This document shows positions 22,401-30,017 of a stretch of DNA of 64,000 nt, in pieces. A program made the position numbers and the translations under genes. The notes beneath the pieces were generated by a model. That model saw only the letters and a program-made list of their open reading frames with translations, searched no databases and was not told the origin of the DNA. The DNA comes from a virus (taxonomy: Duplodnaviria > Caudoviricetes): positions 32,001 through 96,000 of the IMG/VR virus record IMGVR_UViG_3300028048_000086. The stretch is one strand, 5' to 3'. The first letter of the stretch is position 1. Each line of letters begins with the position of its first letter.

Positions 22401-23032
22401 TGGGCAAAGTCTTTCTGAGTCCCCGTAAAGCCAGCTCGTTTTATTTGCTCATTTACGATGTTTTCTTTGTGAACACCTGAAGCAACATTGCTGATAAAAG
22501 AACGAAATCTCTGCGCTTCGTTCGCATCCATCCTGGAAGCCTGAACGCCAGCTTCGAGATTTTCTGCCGCATGATTAATTAGTCTCTGCGTCCATGCACT
22601 CCCGGCATCGGAAATACCTTCTGTATTCCGCATCGTGCGTATCTGACGCAAATGACTAAAGAGAGAACGAGATTCTTCAGGGTTCAAGCGAACTTTGCCA
22701 CGCGCTGTTTCAGCCGCTTCTTTATATGCTGCTTCCGCTGTTTTACGTAGTCCTCTTACGTCGTCAATCGTCCAGTCTTCCATGGCTTTTGAAAAACTGG
22801 AATTCGTCGCCATTCGACGAGCGAACGTCGCACCAAAATTAAGCCCCCGTTCAGCAACGGAGGCTAATCCAGTACGTCTAGCGAGCATCTTACCTGTCTT
22901 CCAAGCAATCGCGGCTCCAACGCTTTTACCTAGGAAACTCAGATATGGATTCTCTCCACTCTGACGTTCGTTCATTTCTCTTTGACGGCGGCGCTGCTCT
23001 TCAGCGGCTAATTGTTTATCTTCGTCTGCCAA
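16460..23032 (-). CDS. 2190-aa virion protein in the tape-measure position, with a degenerate SNase-like domain
   Basis: Follows two tail-chaperone-like genes; helical, with Gly/Ala hydrophobic stretches; VSEVLG...KIAG...AAVYIDGQNVGKQMISAGDA resembles thermonuclease. Confidence 0.6.
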   Translation of the reverse strand: MADEDKQLAAEEQRRRQREMNERQSGENPYLSFLGKSVGAAIAWKTGKMLARRTGLASVAERGLNFGATFARRMATNSSFSKAMEDWTIDDVRGLRKTAEAAYKEAAETARGKVRLNPEESRSLFSHLRQIRTMRNTEGISDAGSAWTQRLINHAAENLEAGVQASRMDANEAQRFRSFISNVASGVHKENIVNEQIKRAGFTGTQKDFAQMLVNDMKAYSKEHRTPFMLDWRRQNKFLMKEMASLDEMEEIFGTATRKKGAFGKLVDLIQGQNEVTVRDLLKNKDKIEVSTYKTGGAHHAAKKFDPIQDMEDMRKFYARIDAQKGTNFEERFLNITADVGGLGKDANGNIYSKEGSRKFVDSLIKGVADTLPGKVLKARDFEYARFAPKFSLEFKGSYDPVLAALTNNKENHGSSQLDSTIFHTSSRYFRFTENGLEEIEELRGIRTHMASGEYGARKNILKQMAGDVRYKRNDNRILRFFDIGQDRDEFSGMNSSLERIKAMANKYDSEDYFGNIIDSYTDATNEELNTLHDTIDAFGGSYQRETAEQRETRLGELFKVKTIRDFMHDNTYGVTRESAGKLAAAAENKDAKRIFEALQSANHEELIDFIKNADLDYISDSELKDVSNRLQTNPRSVFEIVKQKNSRSNTRVGSSINDIVGTDTGNATETVDEYLRTVLTREAFAKESASRVPDTDLPDFQQALDLIKKADLSGVEEINAKRSAMTSYFDDMVNLGRDIGEDDGSNSIGEGWQAVERAHDIFVGDDELTSTLRSEVRNMRKENSHFTDTVYEKPDEIGNPIGYNSWVTMRDAMGPLDMLNDLNSWTKTKANVKQFFKQFYAGRDSMESVSEYTQIPYFMLSRLSDEMNKVGLGFSKDNMGSTADLASAIMLKRVIPIGVAATYYEWADDTSQEVTGMSITGAAAQGVANVDIASRKLMDTFGITDWMKGEKSINPIMQYWGDHDEFQSADERRKWYESGYTPVRKGAWWTFGGVNEARGGAIQYFEPTFVRRIQSDYEDKSLYDGYFDKWSHSLLPTPTNPFSPILGILDPYWLEEKHKDDRPYELTGHMFADGTPWGAILNPTIGELIKPQKSLHTIPFTDIDYRNVNGIDPLSLLHGINEYTKQKARDLAGENYIQIGGSNFDPINFVPYDHPTDDTNVLSVQFKNGQLLGTRYGNGGPNIGATGAPNGEGGFGLGSGSGAGGTIGGISLTGGKSAADALETVNQNNHIGWKEAIDYAVFGGPVPNQQNYVVQKADGKDSYVADKDGQPVNKNARHLYDADRLEINRLTKGDTLGIKEDLENILRDHNPANWLRQMNDATKAKAGKNVRTMSQDEIDAEEGMAQGLKLKNYRPVDAMNLLNDPDTVTDLINQGKGSSFVQNAAVSWRLIAGIYGYGVGEATGFGVDNKKRIATGQDITSFSRTFWDENLGGLGGPAAEIMRRFIPDYRRNTRINPLMNEMPDWLPDRFRYGDPFTAVPKGEMRLPGKGYESLNQLHPDQFGGKYGAFDRMKILADIAPFSPEYKMWRDIAKKTVTDPELIDEMSEIRQRVNQQGKQHDFYDYKVVGHGLQYKNVVVSEVLGYGKFRSGNSIFKIAGASVRGNPNESMKDVLGRYIHVGQTVTVAVDEDSDNQTNNDSIGSINAAVYIDGQNVGKQMISAGDAAIRKSDNSTPAVLGDMGVVQKGVAYASEFIAHLDLPWISDQFLRVRSPLESYEAEQVYGTPYQTWSHPIETFLRPALERSFHDRSAFTGLIGGAYRISEEIEGLSPGMRHGIGAAYLLSDRGAFIGAALSQLLYLGNSKKAMEWARHGSAISTLGHALTGGNSYADETLSAANVGQEVARFFKKSRGKGALIGAAVGALYRTATNPNGEWVPQRTKKKWEMQDYYDRLTYLKFMGLYKKAAKKAKDEEDVDIEDVIERREEATKQNRLAIKHFQSLKKDLVRSAPESEERDRLTSMLTSRINDLEGEKLVVPGGKWTRTALLYKQAAENTMYGLKEDATWSQIITALPQTDREYFMEFVKERNKSRREEILNKVSPFLNRALKMAWGMKEDKQVDNETYFKKHALPQENWAGWAPQYDLKNSEVQSVVNQGLQLGDFGFYESELDKPEVANAPRIQDIHKQDHNSTTVKNRIEKILKGQGLKNVDISVEAGQSGGATSIKASIKTMLGMKDVQERVNQSLQMQAN

Positions 23033-23054
23033 GGAAGTGCCACCTTTCTATTTT

Positions 23055-23879
23055 TTAATACCAGCCTGGACGCAGTGCTGGCGGACGATCATCAACATCA
23101 TCCTGCGCAAGTCCGTCGATGCCATGTTCCATAACATCATCGTGAGCGAATTCCGGGAACTTCTTCAAGAATTCCTCACGCTCTTTCATTTTGTCGAGAG
23201 TAAGCTTGGCCCCTTTGTCTCTCTTGTTGTCCCGAGAAACTGTTCCATCGTCAGCCTTCTTGTCAGCTTTCTTTGATCGATTCCGAACTTCGGAACGCTC
23301 AGCTTCTTTTTCTTCGAGGTTTTCTTCGCCATAGAACTGTCCTTCCGGCTCCTTGAATTCTAGCCCATGCAGATTATGAAGTTTCCATTCCGCACGAGAT
23401 AGATACTTCGTTGTCTTCTCGACATCCCATTTTTCGATTTCTTCGATATCATAGTTCGGGAATGCCTCGTTAATAATGCAAGTGATCTGATTGTCGAGAT
23501 CATACATTTCTGAACGATAATAGTCATGGAGACTGCGGCGACGGGCCAGGTCATCTAAGAAAGAGTCCTTCAGAATTTCCTGTTTTAGCTGAGAGGGAAG
23601 ACCAGCTTCCTTATCATCCCAATCATATTCATCCGGATCCGGGTAGAGCATGCACTGAGAACACATGAGCTCTTCTTTCTGATAATCGTTGAAACGAGAA
23701 TCTTGAAGAATCTCCCGAAACTCGGCGCGGCCAAGTGCTCGGTAGATAAATGTTTGACCATCAATTTCTGTGACGAAAACATTGCGATATTTCTGGCTAA
23801 ACTCGATGAATAGCTTGGTGATATCTACTGGCTCTTTTGCTTCTTCGACAGCTTTTTTGATTTGAATCTTATTCCTCAT
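23055..23879 (-). CDS. Tail assembly chaperone-like protein (paralog of the upstream gene)
   Basis: FIYRALGRAEF...CMLYP...AGLPSQL aligns with IIYRPIRRSEY...AVLYP...AGLADNL of 23889-24251. Confidence 0.6.
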   Translation of the reverse strand: MRNKIQIKKAVEEAKEPVDITKLFIEFSQKYRNVFVTEIDGQTFIYRALGRAEFREILQDSRFNDYQKEELMCSQCMLYPDPDEYDWDDKEAGLPSQLKQEILKDSFLDDLARRRSLHDYYRSEMYDLDNQITCIINEAFPNYDIEEIEKWDVEKTTKYLSRAEWKLHNLHGLEFKEPEGQFYGEENLEEKEAERSEVRNRSKKADKKADDGTVSRDNKRDKGAKLTLDKMKEREEFLKKFPEFAHDDVMEHGIDGLAQDDVDDRPPALRPGWY

Positions 23880-23888
23880 AAGACATCA

Positions 23889-24251
23889 TCAGAGTTCCTT
23901 TGTTCTCTTAAGAGCACCGAAGCCAGAATGCGACATAATCTCTTCCGAGAGATTGTCGGCAAGGCCGGCAGCTGCTTCAAGTTCATCATCGATGTTTTCC
24001 GGATACAGAACTGCCGCACGGCAAATTTCCGTCTGACGATCCATGAGACGCTTTGCCCTCTTCGCGTCATCCTGCTCGTCTTCACGAGGAATTTCGGTAT
24101 CAATCATAATCTTCGAATATTCACTACGACGAATCGGACGATAGATAATTACGGTATCGCCATAACCCGTCTGATAGACATGTTTGAATTCATCCTTCCA
24201 GGAAGCGATGGTCTCTTCCGTAAGAAGCGTGCTCTCCAGTTTCTTGTTCAT
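23889..24251 (-). CDS. Tail assembly chaperone-like protein
   Basis: 120 aa, acidic, GGAGG RBS, between the tube genes and the giant tail proteins. Confidence 0.6.
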   Translation of the reverse strand: MNKKLESTLLTEETIASWKDEFKHVYQTGYGDTVIIYRPIRRSEYSKIMIDTEIPREDEQDDAKRAKRLMDRQTEICRAAVLYPENIDDELEAAAGLADNLSEEIMSHSGFGALKRTKEL

Positions 24252-24306
24252 GTAAATATATCCTCCTCTAGGAATGAGTAATTAGTTGTTTTTTACACTA
24301 TAAACA

Positions 24307-24966
24307 TTACGTATCGGACGCAGCTTTCGCATCCAGAGTTTTCATGTCGTTAGCTACGAATTGATACATTTCTGTTGTCGGCGTCGGATCGGAGACGCTG
24401 GCACCGTTCGTACATGATAAGATGTGAACACCTTCTAAGATAACATGAACTTCACGATTTCCTCTCTCAGGATGCCCGTAAATCACATCGATATCGAAGG
24501 TTTGCGGCCAAAGATATCCATGATTATCTTGAGAAACTGAGCCTTTTACCTTTGCATCCCCAGCGCCATGAACTTCTCCTAAAATGCGATCATGTACAGG
24601 GACAACATAATCCTTCATGTTATAAATAGCATTCTGTTTCTCAGCCGAAGCTAGTAGTCTAAATAGATAGTTCGGAGACGTAAAGCGAATAGAGAACTGT
24701 CCGTTGATAATACGACTGCCAATCGCGATTTCGTCGAAGGTATAGCTGTTAAAACCATAGATTGGTAGGCTCCTCTGCTGTACCGTCCATTGAATATCAC
24801 TAACATCCTCTACGTAATAATTTCCGAAATAGATTTCGGCATCAATCGAAGAATAATATCGCTTGATATACTGCTTCGATATTTCTTGCACGCCATTCTC
24901 GGTTTTTACTCGATCATAGCTAGCAACGAATGGAGTATAAACTGGCGTCTGATTCTGATTAGCCAT
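24307..24966 (-). CDS. Tail tube-like protein (paralog 3)
   Basis: YYSSIDAEIYFG...IQWTVQQRSLPIYG...GSRIINGQF...FDIDVIYG aligns with the tube protein. Confidence 0.65.
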   Translation of the reverse strand: MANQNQTPVYTPFVASYDRVKTENGVQEISKQYIKRYYSSIDAEIYFGNYYVEDVSDIQWTVQQRSLPIYGFNSYTFDEIAIGSRIINGQFSIRFTSPNYLFRLLASAEKQNAIYNMKDYVVPVHDRILGEVHGAGDAKVKGSVSQDNHGYLWPQTFDIDVIYGHPERGNREVHVILEGVHILSCTNGASVSDPTPTTEMYQFVANDMKTLDAKAASDT

Positions 24967-26719
24967 CGTAGATGTTCACCTCCATATCCAGCTGGTCGCG
25001 ATAGCACGATGCATCGCCAATATTATTGAATGCCGCGAAACCTGAACGATGATAGTCATTCAAGCTAATCGCTAGAACAACGCAAAGGGCATCTTGTGCT
25101 ACATTTACCGTTACGGCATGTCTGTAATCATCAGAGCGATAGAATCTCTTCGTCACCGTTCTCGATGATGTGTCGTACTTAATAGCGCATATCTCGTATG
25201 GAACGTCTTGGTCGTAGAACGCGACTTCGCCCTCGGAGTATTTTAGTATCGGCATTTTGTCGAAGAACTGACGAGTATAATTGAACTGTTTCATCCACTG
25301 ATCGTGAATAAAGAAGATTGTGTTGTCGATGTCATTCGACAGTTCTTGGTGCTGAAGAATCTCGAAAATGGCCTTGTCTCGAATATCTTGCATCGTAAGA
25401 TCATAGTCATGAGACAAGTTGGTGATGATATCTGAAACGGTATTGTATAGATTTCCCGCGCCGAATACCCGCTGGAAGCTCTGAAGAAAGCTCTTTGCGT
25501 AAGATAGATTCTCTACCAATTGGCGCTTCTTTCGATAATCGTCGATATCTCCCCGGATATCGAAACGAGCAAATTTCGATATAATCTTGCCATCAGCATC
25601 TTTGATATATAACAAGATTTCGTCATCGATAAAGTCTGAACGAGTATCGATCGTCATAACTCTCTTGTTGATCTTATAGCGGCAATCGTACGTAACGTTC
25701 TCGAAGAGATCTGTCTCGCAAAGCGCCAGATAAAAGTCTTTTCTCGAACTAGCGAAGAAATCATAATCTGGAATCGTAACATGAATCACGCGGTCGTCCA
25801 GATTGTCTCTCTTCACCGTGACACGATCTATGATATAATCTACCGGCTCTTTCTGTGTTTCAATGACGATGCGGGACTTGTCATCCTGTGTCAATTCAAT
25901 ATCCAAGTACGATAGCTCCGTATCATCGATAGAGTTTTCAATTTCAATATCGCGAGAAAGCCCTGAATAGGATTCCCATAGGAATTTGGATCCTTCCTCA
26001 TCCATTTGATAATGGATAAGTTCGAGAGCCATTTCCCCCTGAATGTAGAAATCCAGCAGATAGTATGTGTCTGGCGTCAAGCTCGGATAGAAGTCTTCAT
26101 CAATTCCTCTCGTAGTTACATATACTTTTTCTCCGTCTTCGATTTTGAAGACATTTACGCTCGTAAAACCGGAAAACGGAGTTATGCTGAAACGTGCCGC
26201 ATAATGAATAGAAACATCCGGGCAGTTTCTTTTATTGCATGACATCGATACAATATTTTCGTACTGCTCCGATGCTAGAATCAGTTGATAGAAGCTTTTT
26301 CTTTCGAACTCCTGAATATTTTTCACTTCATGAAAAGCTTTTACCAGTGAGTAAGTATATCCATCATTCGCATCTCGAATTTCGGCGATTACTTTCTTCA
26401 TGTAATCTTCGTCGATAGGGGAGACGATGCGAGAATATATTTTCTCGTAAGTTTCGCTGTCTTTCTCAAGAGAAACATATGCTTCAATTTTTGCGGAACT
26501 GCCTTCTCCTGATGTCATCCAGAAAGAATAGAATCCTGCTCCTTCTGGAAAGCTTCTTATAATTGTTCGGTTCGACGCTACAGCAGCGGCATGAATCTCG
26601 TCATTGCCATTCTTCTGATACATAACAGAATTATATCCGACGTCCCATCCGTCTGTCCGGAAGCATAAGCCTCTTTCTCTCTGCCATAAAAGCGCTAGCG
26701 GCGCGTAAGATCTTCTCAT
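24959..26719 (-). CDS. Hypothetical protein in the tail cluster (586 aa)
   Basis: Long ORF overlapping both neighbours; no recognised motif. Confidence 0.6.
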   Translation of the reverse strand: MRRSYAPLALLWQRERGLCFRTDGWDVGYNSVMYQKNGNDEIHAAAVASNRTIIRSFPEGAGFYSFWMTSGEGSSAKIEAYVSLEKDSETYEKIYSRIVSPIDEDYMKKVIAEIRDANDGYTYSLVKAFHEVKNIQEFERKSFYQLILASEQYENIVSMSCNKRNCPDVSIHYAARFSITPFSGFTSVNVFKIEDGEKVYVTTRGIDEDFYPSLTPDTYYLLDFYIQGEMALELIHYQMDEEGSKFLWESYSGLSRDIEIENSIDDTELSYLDIELTQDDKSRIVIETQKEPVDYIIDRVTVKRDNLDDRVIHVTIPDYDFFASSRKDFYLALCETDLFENVTYDCRYKINKRVMTIDTRSDFIDDEILLYIKDADGKIISKFARFDIRGDIDDYRKKRQLVENLSYAKSFLQSFQRVFGAGNLYNTVSDIITNLSHDYDLTMQDIRDKAIFEILQHQELSNDIDNTIFFIHDQWMKQFNYTRQFFDKMPILKYSEGEVAFYDQDVPYEICAIKYDTSSRTVTKRFYRSDDYRHAVTVNVAQDALCVVLAISLNDYHRSGFAAFNNIGDASCYRDQLDMEVNIYDG

Positions 26720-27774
26720 TCTTTCTTTTCACGCTCTCTTTCATCATAGTATTCTCGAGTCTTTGAGAAAGCGTAGTTGTAAGCTGCTCTGATCTTTTCT
26801 TTTCTATGCTCGTATCTATCTTTCTGTATCAGGCCGCTCTTATAATCTTTTTCGTTCTCATTGTCAAACCAAGCTTTTTTATCGCTGAGCTTTTTATTGA
26901 AATCTTCCCGAGTCGAATCCTGTAGTTCTCTTACGTCTAACGGAAAATCGGAAACGTATGGATTCGAGCTATCATACTCTTTAGAAATTCCCGTGATAGA
27001 TAAGTTGTAGTCATCATCGCTTGATTTTACCTCACCACTATCTTTTTTTACTGGGTTATCAATGGGAGTATTATCGTTAACGTTATTGTTTACAGGGATA
27101 TCGTTTATGGATAGCGGGCGATTGACACCAGCGCGATTTCCGTCCGTGACATTCGACAAATAATCTACATCCTTCGCGAAGAACTCAAACGTATTTTCAG
27201 TGTACATGTCCTGCACACTCATAACCTGTCCTTCTGATACAAAAGAAACACCGTAGATTGCCAAGCGAGAGCTACTGCCGTATTCGTTGCTCATTGAAAT
27301 CGTAACATTAATCGGCGGAATCTCGTCTATCAAAACATGAGATTTATTGCTAACAGCATTCAGGTATTCGTCCATCATAGACTGAGCCCAGTGACGATCG
27401 AATACCGTAAAAATCATTTTACCGGCAACCATGCGATTGCTGAAGACATAACTCTTGTAATTCATGTCTCCGAGAACGCGAACTGGCATTTTCTGGTTAT
27501 ACAAGGAATATGATATCGTCTGCATCTCTCCGACGACCTTCGTAATGCTCTTTCCGCTCACCAACGGAAGTTCGAAGATGCAGATCATATCGTTGCCAGA
27601 GTAGCTCGTATAAGTACGAGTATACGCAGAAGCTACTGTTCCACCATATCCTTGAGATTTTGCCGATACTCCGCTCGTGTATGCTTTTTTATTTTCTTGA
27701 GCCGTATAAGCAGGAGAATCCACTTTCGGCTTGTCTACTATATTCAATGGAGAATCCCTCCGTTTTATACGCAC
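26716..27774 (-). CDS. Tail tube-like protein (paralog 2) with C-terminal extension
   Basis: YTRTYTSYSG.D...GEMQTISY...VAGKMIFTVFDR...DEIPPINVTISMSNEYG closely parallels the spliced tube protein; true start may be TTG at about 27747. Confidence 0.7.
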   Translation of the reverse strand: MRIKRRDSPLNIVDKPKVDSPAYTAQENKKAYTSGVSAKSQGYGGTVASAYTRTYTSYSGNDMICIFELPLVSGKSITKVVGEMQTISYSLYNQKMPVRVLGDMNYKSYVFSNRMVAGKMIFTVFDRHWAQSMMDEYLNAVSNKSHVLIDEIPPINVTISMSNEYGSSSRLAIYGVSFVSEGQVMSVQDMYTENTFEFFAKDVDYLSNVTDGNRAGVNRPLSINDIPVNNNVNDNTPIDNPVKKDSGEVKSSDDDYNLSITGISKEYDSSNPYVSDFPLDVRELQDSTREDFNKKLSDKKAWFDNENEKDYKSGLIQKDRYEHRKEKIRAAYNYAFSKTREYYDEREREKKE

Positions 27775-27775
27775 G

Positions 27776-27814
27776 AAAAAAGAGAGTGAGTTAATTTTTT
27801 AATTCACTCTCTTT
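27776..27814 (-). terminator. Terminator after the tail tube gene
   Basis: AAAGAGAGTGA...TCACTCTCTTT inverted repeat with flanking A-run. Confidence 0.6.
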
Positions 27815-27841
27815 ATTACCGATTGTAGATATAAATATATC

Positions 27842-29936
27842 TTACTGGACGGCGCTCTCGCGCTCGATCGGCTTCATGTACTCGACGCGACGAGCAACGA
27901 ACGTGCAGGCTTTCTCCGAGATGACATTGTCGATAGAAAAACCGCTCTGCTCGTTCAGGATTTCAACAGCGTAAAGAACGATTGAAGCCTTCTGGCCATA
28001 TTCATTCGCGAACGAGATCGTGATATCGAACGGCGGAATTTCATCGGCGTACTTCGGCATAGCGACACTCGAGATATTTTTCGCACGCGTCTCGGCTGCC
28101 TTCTGCATACCAGCATCCGTATTCGTATCGTTAGAACCGACGCCATTATTCGCGATACTCGTCATGTTCTTATCCCATTCATCGATGGAGAGACGAGCAT
28201 ACTCGTTAGCATTTTCGTTATCTCCGCCGATACGATGGAACGACTTTTCTTTTCTGACGTGATCAGCTAGACCAGCGACAAGAGCATCACGGTCGAAAAT
28301 TGTGAACACAAGAGAGCCCGCGACGCCACGTTTGCCACGAGAGAACGAACGAGGCTCTGCACTACCCATAGTATAGCATTTATTGGACTATGCCTTTGGC
28401 AGCTCAAAGAGCTGCGTGTCTCGCATATTAGCAATAAAATCAGAATCTTTTATATGCAGTCGATAATACTTATGTGTTCCTTTATTGTGAAAAACAGGTG
28501 TCGAATTAACATCAAGAAGATGCTGAATTCGTTTACACCACGCAAGTGTTCGATTGCTATCAGCTATTGGCATGATTTCATTTCTTTCATCGAGAACGGT
28601 ATGCGAAACATATAGAAGTTCTTGATCTTGATTGTCAAATGTGTTATTATCGAGAACATATTTTTTATATAGCTCATGCTTTCTGGATAAGCAACAGTCG
28701 TCTATGTCTCCATGATATAGCCACCAAATAATCAATCTTGCGAGATTTCCTTCCCACAGAATTTCCCAGACATTATTTTGTGGTACCCATCTTGGCGCTT
28801 TTGGAGGAAGCATAAGAGTGTCAACAAGCGTATCACATACCCAATCAGTGATCTCTTTCTTCTCGTCTATAAAACCAAATCTTACCGCGTTTCTTGAAGC
28901 ACGATATGAAATGGTGCCATCGCCATCGACACATCCACGAATAAAATCTCGTTCATAGCCTTTTATCGCTTCTACAGGAACTCTTTCTTTGATATCTGAA
29001 AATTCATCGATAATGTCCCTGCGATCGTAAACACGAATTTTGGGTTGTGGAGATTTATACTCGGAATAATCATGAACAACGGCTTTAATTCCGAGAATTG
29101 CTTTTACCTTATGCATCAATTCCCTGTCAGCGTATTTACAGATAAACTGCATATGCGTTTCATCACCTTTTCCTCGATATGAAGGATGTGTAATGGCGCC
29201 ATCTGACAGAAGATAACCTAAAAACCATGCCATTTTGCTATTCAATTTTGATTTCTCCTTTATATCCACCTATAGGGGATTGGAATATTGCTAGGACCTC
29301 TTCAGGTCGAGTCTCTACGGGCTTTGATACTTTATGTATCTTACCCTCGGCGTTGGGTGCTAACCGTTCACCGATTTGAGCGAGATTTTATGCCAGCCTA
29401 CACTTATTAGGCAACCGGCGCTTTTTCCTTTTCTTTTAGATAGTTCGTTAAGCTATCTACTGCATCATATGCAGCTCGAGATTTCAATCTCGATGAGGAG
29501 ACTATTTCTTCACCATGCCGCTTACGCGGTTTAGGGCGACCCATTTCGAAAGCACTTGCTTTCTATGGCTATTTCAAGCCTTAGTCGTTTGACCTTCCTG
29601 TTTCCAGGCTTGGCGACCAAACATCCCTTGTTAGCAGCTTTTAGACTTGCGTCATGAGCTATCTTCATCGTTGTTTCTGGATTTCTCCACCATCAACAAG
29701 GTTTCTATCTATCCTTGTTTGTGGTGATGAAGCTCTTAAGGAGTTACTGGTTTTAAGGTCGTGTCCCTGCACGGTTTCCCGTACAGCGGAGAATAAAATG
29801 CTTTTTATAGCGTTTCTCTTTGAACGTGATAGGTAATAGCTTGCAGCTCTCCGATGACGGTATCACCGAAAGTAGCTACGATGTCGCATCCTGAAAACGA
29901 CGTATAAGTACGCGTGTAGCTAGAAGATATTGACAT
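27842..29936 (-). CDS. Major tail tube protein, three exons: 29936-~29816, ~29426-29414, 28376-27842 (222 aa after splicing)
   Basis: ATG 29936 with AGGAGG RBS directly after the sheath gene. Joined exons read MSISSSYTRTYTSFSGCD...ELQAITYHVQRE-KAPV-YTMGSAEPRSFSRGKRG; 669 nt, in frame, collinear with paralog 26716-27774. Confidence 0.85.
28377..29413 (-). mobile_element. Group I intron 2 in the tail tube gene (1037 nt), carrying a homing endonuclease
   Basis: 5' exon GCCGGU pairs with IGS GCUGGC (U-G at the splice site); IGS GUGUAG pairs with 3' exon CUAUAC (P10); R-like GUAGAGACU and S-like AAGGCAUAGUCC; terminal G at 28377. Confidence 0.88.
28388..29269 (-). CDS. Intron-encoded double-motif LAGLIDADG homing endonuclease
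   Basis: WFLGYLLSDG and FIRGCVDGDG motifs; AT-rich; likely start is TTG at 29245 after AAGGAG. Confidence 0.85.
   Translation of the reverse strand: MDIKEKSKLNSKMAWFLGYLLSDGAITHPSYRGKGDETHMQFICKYADRELMHKVKAILGIKAVVHDYSEYKSPQPKIRVYDRRDIIDEFSDIKERVPVEAIKGYERDFIRGCVDGDGTISYRASRNAVRFGFIDEKKEITDWVCDTLVDTLMLPPKAPRWVPQNNVWEILWEGNLARLIIWWLYHGDIDDCCLSRKHELYKKYVLDNNTFDNQDQELLYVSHTVLDERNEIMPIADSNRTLAWCKRIQHLLDVNSTPVFHNKGTHKYYRLHIKDSDFIANMRDTQLFELPKA
29427..29815 (-). ncRNA. Group I intron 1 in the tail tube gene (~389 nt, no ORF); boundaries uncertain by a few nt
   Basis: R element GAAGGUCAAACGACUA and S element GAAGAAAUAGUCU (P7 GACUA/UAGUC); P3 CGACC/GGUCG; several P9 hairpins; interrupts the QRE|KAP motif. 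Confidence 0.85.
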
Positions 29937-30017
29937 GTTTTCCTCCTTGGTCTGATTATAAATTCAGGCGAGGGCGACGGCCCCCGCCCAAATATACTTT
30001 TCTTATATTTTCTCGAA

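Noticed and set aside
23876-24251. Programmed frameshift between the tail chaperone genes
   Set aside because: No slippery heptamer seen near the stop; the second gene is a full paralog with its own ATG
27842-28369. 175-aa ORF as a complete gene
   Set aside because: It is exon 3 of the intron-split tube gene; its ATG is internal and lacks an RBS
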